Origin: Anolis carolinensis
Lineage: Eukaryota
DNA length: 64,000 nt
NCBI RefSeq assembly: GCF_035594765.1
Contig: NC_085841.1
Span: 323,277,402 to 323,341,401, forward strand
Direction: 5' to 3'
This document shows positions 38,014-50,020 of this stretch, one piece after another. Positions within the stretch are counted from its first letter, which is position 1. Each line of letters begins with the position of its first letter. A program made the translations under genes and the position numbers. Under the pieces are notes generated by a model. It was not told the origin of the DNA. It saw only the letters and a program-made list of their open reading frames with translations, and made no database searches.

Positions 38014-38099
38014 TATATAGTAATATATAATACAACATTTGCTATGCTTATAATATATTATATATACATATAATAGTGATAATAACACTATAGTGTAAT

Positions 38100-38292
38100 A
38101 GGTAAAGGTTTTCCCCTGACATTAAGTCTAGTCGTATCTGACTCTGGGGGTTAGTGCTCATCTCCATTTCTAAGCCCAAGAGCCAGTGTTGTCTGTAGAA
38201 GCCTCCAAGGTCATGTGGCTGGCATGAATTCATGGGGCGCCGTTACCTTGCCACTCCGCTCCCCAGATTCGAATCACTGACATTTCAGTCAG
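38100..38292 (-). mobile_element. Sauria SINE, internally deleted
   Basis: Tail and 3' body match the other copies. Confidence 0.8.
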
Positions 38293-38494
38293 CAAATTTG
38301 ATTGTGAGACGCTTTGAGTCTCCGTATGGAAAGAGAAAGCGGTATATAAATAAATAAAATATATAAACACAGCACTACAAATATGTACACTAAAACATAC
38401 CTCCATAAAATTTACTACCAAAACATATCTATGAAACACAGAGATTAAACAACACAGAGACTAAACAAAGATCATGCATTAAAATTTATGTTTA

Positions 38495-38710
38495 TGTTTG
38501 AAGACTGTCTGGGTAAGCTGTCTTAAATTCCGATAGTTGATTTAGCTCTACCGGCAGGTTGTTCCACAGCCTTGGGGTGGCCAATGAAAAGGTCTTCTGG
38601 ATGGTGGTTGCCAGTTGGGTTTTGGCAGGCTGGAGCAGACCCCCCCCCCCCAAAGACTGAAACATGTGGGGTGGATTGCATGGGAGAAGGCGCTCCATTA
38701 GGTAACCTGT
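38495..38710 (-). mobile_element. L2 LINE ORF2 end fragment
   Basis: TFSLATPRLWNNLPVEL....FKT motif. Confidence 0.65.
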
Positions 38711-41097
38711 TTATTTAGTTAATAATTGTAGTTTGCTGAGGCAGCAACACTACAGTTCTCCTTGAATCACGGCAGTTAAAATGGTGTCAAACTGCAGTCA
38801 TTCTACAGTATAGATGAGTGGATATAACAAAAACCAAATTGGGGTGCGTATAATTGCATTATATTGTTCTTTACTGCATTATATGGCAGTATATAACCAA
38901 TCTAGTTGTGGTTAAGATTGAAGCTTTAAACAAGAATCTTTAGGGAAACAGAAATTACTCTGAGTTAGAGATGCAGAGCTTATCTCCTTTAGTCCCATTG
39001 GTAGAGCACACTTACCTGGAAGTAACTAAGTGCACATCTACACTGTAGAATTAGTGCAGTTTGACCCCACTTAATTGCCATGGGTTGATATGAAATCCTT
39101 GGATTTGCTGTTTGGTGAGGCACCAGCACTCTTTGGCAGAGAAGGCTAAAGACCTTGTAAAACTATAACTCAGAATTCCATAGCTTTGAGCCATGGCAGT
39201 TAAAATTCTGTCAAACTATGAATTTTACAGTGTGGAGGTACTTTAAGAAATTACTTGAAGGCACATAACAGCATACTGTAGTTTAATAAACAAGTATTTT
39301 GTTAATACAGCCAAGGACATTTCCAGACATTTTTATTTTAGCAACCATATGAGTTCTCAAAGTAGTGGATGACCTAATTTAGTTAGCTTAATGCAGTACA
39401 GTACTTGTTTACTCCATACATGTTCACATGTTGGGTTCCATTCATTGGATTTATTTTCTAAATTTCTTTAAACTGCATCACAGTTCAAATACATCCCTTT
39501 TCCTGGAAGGGATTCCTGTTTTGGGTCTCCTTCTGGGTGTGTTGCCAAAGCCATAAGTCCAAAGCAAACACATTAAGAGAAAAAGGTCCTTTGAATCCAG
39601 GGAGACTTACTAAACACGTTTAGTTTGAATTATTGGGCTATAATACTTTCAAGATGCTTCCTAAATTTAGGAAGTTTATATCTTTTTCAGACTTGCTGAG
39701 CATAATGAGCTTGGGTTTATTGTTGTCACTGGGAGCCGCCGTTCATCTCAGTGAGCATTTCCACTGAAAACAGAATATGATTTGCTAAACAAATAGCCCA
39801 GTGGTTTCCTTTCAAGTGGTGGTATTAGGCTGTCACAAACCACAATGTGAACCTGGGACCTTTTCATATTTAAATTCAAAGCACATACCATGAACTGAAA
39901 TGGCATCTGTGAAAGCCACTGAAATGCAGGCTGTCTTTGTTGCCTTTAAACAGAAGGGAAAACATGCATCTGAAATTCTGCCACCTTCTACTGTTTTTTT
40001 AAAATATTTGGAACATCTTATTTAAATCAGACTGCTTTGAACACTCTTTTGTTTATAGAAGTGCCGACTTTGAAGTCAGACACATATTGAGAGAGGATAG
40101 GTTTTGCTTCTTATTTGCTGTGTATCTTTTCCAAAAATATTTTAGTACAATATACATTATACAGATTTCTTTTCACAGATTTCAATAACAAGTGTGAACT
40201 TCAGGTCACATATTGTTTTGCCTGAAGCTATGACAGCATCTAATTTAAAATCGTATAGTCATAAAAGAGTGCTATCTGGTGAAATCTGCCTTGTTTTATT
40301 TTACTAATTAATGTGATTCATTTAAAAAATTGGTTTCTTACCAAGACAAGGATCCAGTTTCACAAAAAACTGGAAGTACTCATTTTTCATAATTAGTCAA
40401 ATTATTTTGTATTTTTTAAAATAAACATACAGATTCACAGTTTCTACTTATTCATTGTAAGCTTCAAGTCATTCTTGTGGGCAGTGAGGGGAGTAAACTA
40501 CTAGAGTCGCTTGGGCTCTGCTTTAACTATTTGGGAGGTAGTGGAATCTCTTCCTCTAGACATCTTCAAAAAGGATATCAGAGGATTCAAGAATGGATGG
40601 GCAACCATGGAAAACTGGGGCCCCACATGAACCCTAGGAAACCTTGGAGGGCCAAACTTCTTCATTATACCAGCTCTCACTAAGATTATTACCCTATTAA
40701 CTCATGTTTGGGGCTAGAAATTGTACTCAAAAATCCGTTCAAAAAACCTGGGTCAGTTTATTCATGGCCCACTGTGAATACCATCACTTATCAAAACAAG
40801 GAGCAATCCTCCTCTCTGAGAAGAGTGGCAAAAGGAAAGGGCTTAGTTCGTACAGTAAGAGCCAAAAAAGAAACATTGATTTACTCTTCTCTCTATGTCA
40901 TAGTGTTGCTTTGAACATTTTGAATGGCTAGGAGGAGAAATGTTGCTGAGGCTGGGGGCAGCTGCCCCCTACAACAGCATTGGTGCTTCCTCCTCTTTGC
41001 AGAATGATCCTCAACCTACCCACAGGCTATATCAAAATTCACAATTTTGGCCCCCAAGCCTGCTCTTGACTTATACACAAGGACGATTTCTATATGA

Positions 41098-41418
41098 GTA
41101 AAGGTAAAGGTTTCCCCTGACGTTATGTCCAGTCATGTCCGACTCTGGGGATTGGTGATCATCTCCATTTCTGTGCTGAAGAGCTGGCGTTGTCCGTAGA
41201 CACCTCCCAGGTCATGTGGCCGGCATAACTGCATGTAGCGCCATTACCTTCCTGCCGGAGCGGTACCTATTGATCTACTCACATTTGCATGTTTTCGAAC
41301 TGCTAGGTTGGCAGAAGCTGGAGCTAACAGTGGACGCTCACTCCGCTCCCCGGATTCAAACCTGTGACCGTTTGGTCAGCAAGTTCAGTAGCTCAGCACT
41401 TTAACACACTGCGCCACA
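41098..41418 (-). mobile_element. Sauria SINE, near full length
   Basis: Reverse complement of the consensus. Confidence 0.92.
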
Positions 41419-41879
41419 AGGGAGTATGGAGTCATTTTTGTTACATTTTTGATCATAATGGGTCATTTTAAGCCCACAAGAGATTTTTTTAGCAAAAAGT
41501 AAACAAATTTTTTTTCTTGTTCACTTCTTTTCTTTTTTTAAAGACCCTATCTTGATCTTAAATAGGCCCATGTAGGTCACAGAGTAGTAGAAGAATGTGC
41601 CCTTGCTTTTCAGGACAATCTGTTGTTTTTTTAAATGCAAACATTGTTTTTGACCCCTGGTGAGCCCAGAGAGCCTCCAAACTAGGTGGAAATGCCTTAC
41701 ACACCCTTAGAGTATGTTGCTTGGGTTGGGAGGGGGAATTGTGGAGCAAAGAAAATTGGGAGTTCTTGGGAGACTCACGCTTTGCCAATTTTCTGCATTA
41801 ATAGCCTATGGGGTTTTTTTCTAACTCTGATTCTATAGCATGGGGTAGCTTGTCCAGAAGGCCTAACAAGACAAATGGC

Positions 41880-42021
41880 TTCAAAGGCTAGGGTTTGAAA
41901 TTCCCTCCCATTCCCCTGATTGGCCAGCACTGACAAGCCAGCCAGCATTTTCCTGTACCCTGATTGGCTGAGGGGCAGGCCCAGCCAGTCGCACGCTGAT
42001 TGGCCCCGGGGTGATGACGCA
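41880..42021 (-). promoter_or_regulatory. Promoter-like cluster: three CCAAT boxes, CHR pair, CRE-like site
   Basis: CTGATTGGC three times (ATTGG at 41919, 41963, 41999), TTCAAA 41880-41885, TTTGAA 41894-41899, TGACGCA 42015-42021; minus-strand GTGAGT donor at 41778-41773. Confidence 0.5.
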
Positions 42022-42963
42022 GCTGGGAATCCCCTCCCTGCCAGGCGAGGAAGCCCTGGAGCCTCCAAACATCAAGCAGAAGCATTTCTCAGGGCAGGGA
42101 GATCGCCAAGATCTGCACCCATTTCTGGGTTTTGGTCAATGGAATGTGGGAGACAATGAGTGTCCAGATGAGAGCATAATGAGATTATGCAGATATCAGG
42201 TCTAGGATGCAGAGACAATGAATGTCAAGTCCCCAGGTGTCTTCCCACACTGGGAAGACAAATGATAAGGTCCAAGAAAATGTCTATTGGACATACTGGG
42301 GCCATTAGAGTCATCATAGTACATGCCTGGGTCCCCAGAGTGGAAGTTCCAGATGGCGAACGGGTGAACTCCTGCTGGGTGCCAGGAAGGACATTGTTTC
42401 AGGGGTGATTATATAAACTTGCCTTTGGAATATTTGATATTGCTCAAGTCAAGCAGAAGTTAAAACAGTTCATTGCATTTTGCCTTCTATTGATTATATT
42501 TCATAAATAATAAAAAAATAAGTATCCAGTGAGGTTTCAGCACAAATTCATACTTCTTGGAAATAAGGGAGAAGCAGGGGTATTTCTTGGCTGCACAAGA
42601 GGATAGGAGAAGTCATTTTTCGATAGAGTTACAAGCTAAGTAGATACGGGGAATGCCGTGGATGTAGCCTATCTGGATTTCAGTAAAGCCTTCGACAAGG
42701 TCCCCCATGACCTTCTGGCAAACAAGCTAGTGAAATGTGGGCTAGGCAAAACTACGGTTAGGTGGCTTCATCTTGGAAAGAAGTTACAAGGAGTGCCGCA
42801 GGGTTCCGTCCTGGGCCCGGTTCTGTTCAACATCTTTATTAATGACTTAGACGAAGGGTTAGAAGGCATGATCATCAAGTTTGCAGACGACACCAAACTA
42901 GGAGGGATAGCTAACACTCCAGAAGACAGGAGCATAATTCAAAATGATCTTGACAGATTAGAG

Positions 42964-43899
42964 GAGGGGTCCTCAAACTTTTGAAGCAGAGGGCCAATCC
43001 ACAATTCTTCAGACTGTGGAGGGGGCCGAATTATCATTTGAAAAAAAATACAATTTCCTATGCATACTACACATGTCTTATTTGTAGTGCAACAATAACA
43101 ACAACGAAAGAACAATACAATATTTAAAAATGAAAACAATTTTAACCAACATAAACCTATCAGGATTTCAATAGAAAGTGTGGGCCTGCTACTGGCCAAT
43201 GAGATAGTCAAGTTAATTAGGATTGTTGTGAGCCTTCAAGTCATTTCAGACTTTGGGCCTAAGTCTAAAATTATTTATTTATTCATTTACTACATTTATT
43301 TACTACATTTATATCCCGCCCTTCTCGCCCCGAAGGGGACTCAGAGCAGCTGTATGTACATGCAATATATTATATCATTATCATAGCACAATATTAGCAT
43401 TATATATTACTATATTAAACTATACCACTATACTGTAATATTATATGTAATATACAATTATTATTATTATATGGTATTATTATTAGTATTATATTGTATA
43501 ACATTATAATATTATTATCAATATTACATGTATATACAATATATTATATTATTTAAAATGATATAAAAATATCTATATATATAAAAGGGTAATGAAATTT
43601 CTGCCTAGGACAAAACAACAAAACTACACATCTCAGAAACACTAAACGTGGCAGCACAACTCCTCATCCTTTCCTCTACGTTCATACAACAAAAAGCTCC
43701 AGCTACTCCAGAAAATGGCCAGGCTTTGAGACTGCAAGGCTATTCACTGCTATTCCACCTGGCCAACAAAGGATTCTCATAAGCCACAGCAACGCGTGGC
43801 CGGGCAAAGCTAGTTATATTTTAAAACTGAGGGCGGTGGGCAGGTAAATGACCTTGGAGGACCACATCCAGCCCCCGGGCCTTAGTTTGGGGACCCCTG
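42964..43899 (+). mobile_element. hAT non-autonomous element (same ends as 5850-6776)
   Basis: TIRs; perfect 8-bp TSD GATTAGAG (42956-42963, 43900-43907). Confidence 0.92.
43572..43813 (+). mobile_element. Complete non-autonomous Helitron
   Basis: 5' TC, 3' hairpin GCCAC...GTGGC (43783-43800) then CTAG, inserted between A and T; absent from the sister hAT copy near 63930. Confidence 0.88.
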
Positions 43900-46068
43900 G
43901 ATTAGAGAGATGGGCCGAAACTTACAAAATGAAGTTCAACAGGGACAAATGCAAGATACTTCAGTTAGGCAGAAAAAATGAAATGCAAAGATGCAGAATG
44001 GGGGACGCCTGGCTCTACAGCAATACATGTGAAAAAGACCTTGGAGTCCTCGTAGACAACAAGTTGAACATGAGCCTACAATGTGATGCGGTGGTGAAAA
44101 GAGCCAATGGGATTTTGGCTTGCAGAAATAGAGGTATAGCGTCTAGATCCAGGGAAGTCATGCTACCCCTCTATTCTGCCTTGGTCAGACCACACCTGTG
44201 TTCAATTCTGGGCACCGCAGTTGAGGGGAGATGTTGACAAGCTGGAAAACGTCCAGAGGAGGGCGACTAAAATGATCAAGTGTCTGGAGAACAAGCCCTA
44301 TGAGGAGCGGCTTAAAGTGCTGGGCATGTTTAGCCTGAAGAAAAGAAGGCTGAGAGGAGACATGATAGCCATGAACACATATTTGAGGGGAAGTCATAGG
44401 TAGGAGGGAGCAAGCTTGTTTGCTGCTGCCCTGCAGACTAGGACGCAAAACAATGGCTTCAAACTACAAGAAAGGAGATTCCATCTGAACATCAGGAAGA
44501 ATTTCCTCACGGTGAGAGCTGTTCGGCAGTGGAATTTTCTCCCCCGAACAGTAGTGGAGGCTCCTTCTTTGGAGGCTTTTAAGCAGAGGCTGGATGGCTA
44601 TCTGTCGGGGGTGCTTTGAATGAGATTTTCCTGCTTCTTGCAGGGGGTTGGACTGGATGGCCCGTGAGATCTCTTCCATCTCTATGATTCTATGATCCTC
44701 CTCTTTGTTCTTATTTTCTTCCCTGCGCACATGGTAATGTTCAAAGGAGAGAAAGGAAAAAGGATACATAGAGTTTGAGAGAAAAGTGTTGATGAGGCCT
44801 ATGGATGTGGATACATTGTAGCATCATAGGAATTATGTTTCATTTTGTTAGGCTGGAAGTTTATGTGCCTAGAAAGTCGTCCTACGGGGCCACGGTCCTG
44901 TTGACAACTGCTGGTGCATACCTGTCACCAGCCAAGGGGGCCCCTGCCCCCCCCCCCCCACACACAAACACACTCACACTGATGCAGCATCGGGATCGGT
45001 ACAACCATCTGGGATACCTGGGGATCATCAGAAGAGACTCTCAGGTGGACTTAGACCCATGTGACCTGCAGTTGCCCGGCCATTCTTGGAGGTGGGGAAC
45101 TCTATGTTCTGATCTGAACCAGTTTAGATTAAAGGGTTAAGTCGAACTGTGTAAGCAGAGGGGAAGTGGACTTGGAAATGGGGTTGGCTGCTGGTCTAGG
45201 AAGGGTTGAGGGTTCCGAGAAAGGGCGCTGTTGCAATTAATTATGGCCCCTTGCCCTTGGAAAACTATAACTCCATTCCATGTTAAACTATATATCTCTT
45301 ATATTAGGGATCGGGGTAGTTGTGTTCAATAACAAGTTCACATTCCAGGGAATTTCCAAGGAATTTCATAAAAAGGTTACTTTTTAGAACGATTAGAAAA
45401 GACCATGTGGCTGGCTGTATTTTCCAATGGAGCCACATCTGATAAGGCAAATATATTATATATTCATATTTGGAGGGGGGGGGGGTCTGATTTCACTGGT
45501 ATTGTATTTAAGCCTGAGACTTACACCACTTCTGAAAAGCCTAAAATGATTGTACAATTTAGATTCAGTGGCGCTGTGAACAGAACAGAATTATTTCACT
45601 AGAACAAGAGAAGAGAGTGGTGCTTTCTTCCAATTTCCCATGACTACTGTGTCCTTTGATGTTGAGGTCATCCTGAGTAGCATGAAAGAAAGGCAACTTT
45701 AAAAACTCACCTGTCTCTTTCTTCAGCTGGCCTTTTTAGTTCGATCTCTGCTTTCATACATGAAAAAAGCCCATTTACAGAAAACATACCTTGGATCCAA
45801 TGTGCTTGACAGTTTTCTTCAAAGCAGAAATCTTGCCTGAGGCTCATCCAGATTCCAAATATGTTTTCAGCTACTTGGAACTGGTGCATATATACCATAT
45901 TCTGGAACCAGTAGAAATGAACCATCAATCCCACCACACTGTCAGAATAAGAGTGCAGCAAAACATTGTTCTACATTAATTAGTACCATCCCAATCTGAT
46001 CAAACCAAACTCTTCTATCTTTGCTTGTTGGACTTTCAGTGTTTGAGTGGAAAATAATAAGCAAAGTA

Positions 46069-46388
46069 CAGTAGAGTCTCACTAATCCAAGCCTCGCTTA
46101 TCCAAGCCTCTGGATAATCCAAGCCATTTTTATAGTCAATGTTTTCAATATATCGTGATATTTTGGTGCCAAATTCATAAATACAGTAATTACAACATAA
46201 CATTATTGTGTATTGAACTACTTTTTCTGTCAAATTTGTTGTATAACATGATGTTTTGGTGCTTAATTTGTAAAATCATAACCTAATTTGATGTTTAATA
46301 GGCTTTTCCTTAATCCCTCACTATCCAAGATATTCGCTTATCCAAGCTTCTGCCGGCCCGTTTAGCTTGGATAAGTGAGACACTACTG
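46069..46388. mobile_element. Tc1/mariner MITE
   Basis: Same family as 28697-29019; TA flanks. Confidence 0.9.
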
Positions 46389-46463
46389 TAGTTTCAATTA
46401 TTTTCTTCTGGGTTACACTCCATTTCCATGATAATATCAGACGTATGAATTGCTAAGGGATTC

Positions 46464-46920
46464 ATTTATTTATTTATTTACAGTATTTATATTCCGCCCT
46501 TCTCACCCCGAAGGGGACTCAGGGCGGATCACATTATAACACACATAGGGCAAACATTCAATGCCCATAAACACATCAAACAGAGACTGAGAGACACACG
46601 CAGAGGCAAGTTAACCTTCTTCTGAGGGCATGTTCGATTCTGGCCACAGGGGGGAGCAGCTGCTTCATCATCCACACTGACGGCACTTCCTCATTCCAGG
46701 TCGTAAATTAGTTAATCTTGCCTCCCCACTTTAGTGGTACCTTATCTCCTACTTGATAGATGCAACTATCTTTCGGGTTGCTAGGTCAGCAACGAGCAGG
46801 GGCTATTTTTTATTTTTAATTGACGGGTGCTCACCCCGCCACGGGCTGGCCTCGAACTCATGACCTCATGGTCAGAGTGATTTAAGGCAGCTGCTCAACA
46901 GCTGCGCCACAGCCCGGCCC
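46464..46920 (-). mobile_element. tRNA-head / L2-tail SINE, long variant
   Basis: Minus head GGGCCGGGCTGTGGCGCAGCTG...GAGTTCGAGGCC; L2-like stem-loop and (TAAA)n tail. Confidence 0.8.
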
Positions 46921-47726
46921 CTGTCATTATTGTGGCAATGTCATTATTGTGGAAATCTAACTGTTCTGCATTATTGTGGAAATCTAACTGTTCTGCTTAA
47001 GATTGAGGTTGGAGTGGTGAAGACATTGAACTGAATTTGAATACAGAATGAGATATTTTTAAAGAAAGCAGAGCAGTAGTTTATACTTATTGCCATAGGA
47101 AAACTGTTACTGTTCTAGCCTAGGACAACAGTCTTTGTGAGCTAATGATCCTGATGTAACAGCCTTTGTGACTTATTCTCTTATCTACTGCTAACCTGTT
47201 CAGTTGATACAGTACACTTAGCTCCCTTCTCATCCCCTCCCCTACCCCTCCTTCCCTTTCTCTCTTTCTTTTTTGTTTTCTTCTCTTGTCTGTTATCATC
47301 TACTTCTCTGGATGAAGGCTTGAGGCAGGGCTCTCCGCTAATTCACAGGGACAAAATTACTAACAACAGGGACACTAGGAGCATATTTTCTTCTGGATAA
47401 TTTTGTACCATCACAGAGATAATGTATTTACTTTTCTAAATTTCTCTTTTATTCTGAAGAAGAATAAAATTATTTATTTCTACTAGTAAATTAAAGCTGT
47501 AAGTGAAATGGAAAAACCTCAAGGATCAAATAATTTAAGTACAAAATCTAATACCAGATTTAGTATCGCAATGGAGGGAGATATTGTGAATACTTAACAT
47601 AGTATTTTTGTCCTGATTGTTTTTGACTTTCGTCTGTAAGAGCAGTAAGTAATTTGCTAAAGTAATAACATTTTTTGCAATTGTTTTTCCCTTTATATAT
47701 TGCACAGTTGGAAAGAAAGCACTAAG

Positions 47727-47763
47727 ATGGGTGATAATGTTAAAATCTGCATTCAGGATCTGC
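47727..47763 (+). CDS. G2E3: G2E3 first coding exon (exon begins 47708): MGDNVKICIQDL
   Basis: Pyrimidine tract and CAG acceptor ending 47707, AAGATGG start context, GTAAGT donor at 47764; phase 1 joins the next exon in frame. Confidence 0.85.
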
Positions 47764-49253
47764 GTAAGTAGTTTTTACAACATTTGATAATTTAGTTTAA
47801 AATTATCAGACAGTTTGAAATTCTCCTTATTTAATAGTTGTGCATTTTACCTGTTCAGGTTGATGTGATAACTTCAGAGAATTGATGTTCTTCTCATGCC
47901 ATCAAACTTTGTTCCCCAAGTCCTGTACATATTGATGGTGCGAATATTATACTGGCTCTATTGTACATATTGGGATCAAGTACTGTGATAATTATTGTAG
48001 TAGTTATTAACAGTTAGCAGGGCAAGAGAGTTACCTTAGTTTCTTCCAGAAATGTGAGATAAATTAGTCCATTGGCATAAATTCTGTGGAGAGTAATGCC
48101 ATGAAATAAATTACATATATGTTTTCATTAGTGAATAGGTAAAAAATGTTTAAGAATGTTTTATAGTTACCAAATAAAAATTGTCAATCTCAATTAGTCA
48201 TTAAACAGCCAGTCTGTTTAATGAAGTGGTTGCAGAATCTGATATGAATTCTGCACTTCTATAAAGAAGTGGTTGCAGAATCTGATATGTCTAATGCTGG
48301 GCATTTAATCTTCTATATCAAAACTTTCCAAACATTTCATGTTGGTGACACATATTTTAGACATGCATTATTTCACAATACAGTTATTCAATTTTATTTG
48401 CAAATCACAGCTTAAAACATCCCCTCATAAGAGATATAGACACATACATAAATTGTAATAACAAAATCTATGGGGACACAACAGATCTCATGAAAGCCTT
48501 TCAATTATATTCCAAAAAATATATGATTTATTTCTTCTTTCACATCGTCTCAGATGTTTGTTTCTTTTGCACAACACACTGCAGCTGACATATTTAAAGT
48601 GCTGCGACATACTGTTTGGAAACCTCTGCTCTATTAAGTTGCTTTCTCAGTCTAATTTGATCTTGCTTACATCCTCCACTAAATACAGTTTTCTTTAAGT
48701 ACTGAAACAAAAGTAACTGAAATAGTTTAAACCTATTCCCCTAAAATGTGAAACATTTTTGTGTTTTAATTCATTAATTATATTAGTTGGTTAAGCAATG
48801 TTTCCATAAAGCTGTCCCTAATTCCCCTTCTCATGTGGTCCAATTGCTTTTTGTATGCTGCAAAGGGAAGACACGTGTTGTCATCTTGTTTGAATAATGA
48901 CAATTTCCACATATGTTATCCACCAATGCACCTGCATCCTATTTTTAGACAAGAATGTCTAAAAATGTCTATGCAGAAATACAGTCAATAACAACTAACT
49001 TCATTGCACCTGGCAGGTACTTCTACTATGATGATGAAAATAGTTGCAACTCAATATATGACTGAGGTAATCATCTTTAAAAGTCAGGTGAATTGGAAAT
49101 GACCTCTAAACTCACTAAAGCTGCCCACCCTTAATCTGTAACATGTATGTAGTGTATCTCCATGTGACATTTTGTAGTTCTGCTTGTTCTAATCAGCATC
49201 CCTCAAAATGATACTTTATAGTAAATGTGTCTTAAATTGTTTTTCAATTTTAG

Positions 49254-49351
49254 CTTGTGAACTCTGTCAACGGACTGATAACTGTCCTGAAAAATATGGG
49301 GAAAAAAGGACTTATGAGGACTATAATCTTACTGTTCATTATTATTGTGTG
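49254..49351 (+). CDS. G2E3: G2E3 coding exon: (P)[32 protein letters not shown]
   Basis: TAG acceptor and GTAAGT donor; matches the G2E3 N-terminal C2HC pre-PHD motif (CxxC...YGEK...TVHYYC). Confidence 0.95.
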
Positions 49352-49767
49352 GTAAGTGTTTTCTTTCATTTTCTATTAATCTGCTAAATTGTGAGAGCTA
49401 ATTACTTTTCAGAAGTAGAAAACATCAAAGATCTCCCACTGTATGCCCTTAAAACAGTGGTTCCCAACCTTTTTTTTGACCACTTTAATTTTTTGTTGTT
49501 AGCAGGGACCACAAGGTTCAAGAATAATAAACTGTGTTAATCTAAAAATAAACTTTAATCAAAACGTTTGACATACTTGTTAAACTTAATAGTAAGATGA
49601 ATTACTAGTAAGATGAACTACTATAGTAAGATGAACTAGTAAGATGAACTACTATACTATAATATTAAAAAGAACATTTTAAATGGAAAATTACATTCTG
49701 TTTGCATCAATATGATTTTTAGCTTGCTTCTTTACAAGTTGGGTAATACTGGAACTAACATTGCTCA

Positions 49768-50020
49768 AGGAAGCAGAAAGGAGGGAGGGAAGCGAGGGAG
49801 GGAAGAGATGGGACTGAGAGGAAGGGAGAGAGGGGGAAGAGAAGGAAAGAAAGGAAGGAGCAAGGAAGGAGGGAGAGAAAAAAAGAAAGGAAGAGGGAGG
49901 CAAGGAAGAAAGGGAAGGAGGGAGAGGAAGGGAGGGAAACGAGAAAGGAAGGAAAGGAGCAAATAAGGAAGGAGGAAAGCAGGGAGAGAGAAAGGAAGGA
50001 AGGAAGAGGGAGGAAGGGAT
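49768..50020. repeat. GA-rich polypurine low-complexity tract
   Basis: GGAA/GGGA-type units on direct inspection. Confidence 0.9.

Larger units (their letters stand above)
42613..44696 (+). mobile_element. CR1 LINE (RT domain to 3' end), interrupted at 42964-43899
   Basis: [50 protein letters not shown]|RWAETYKMKFNRDKCK continuous across the insertion; ATTCTATG tail. Confidence 0.95.

Noticed and set aside
45707-45961. Minus-strand ORF ending near a CAG|GTGAGT donor
   Set aside because: No recognisable homology or partner exons; single splice motifs are frequent by chance.
48223-48289. 24-bp direct repeat GAAGTGGTTGCAGAATCTGATATG
   Set aside because: Small local duplication in an intron with no further structure.
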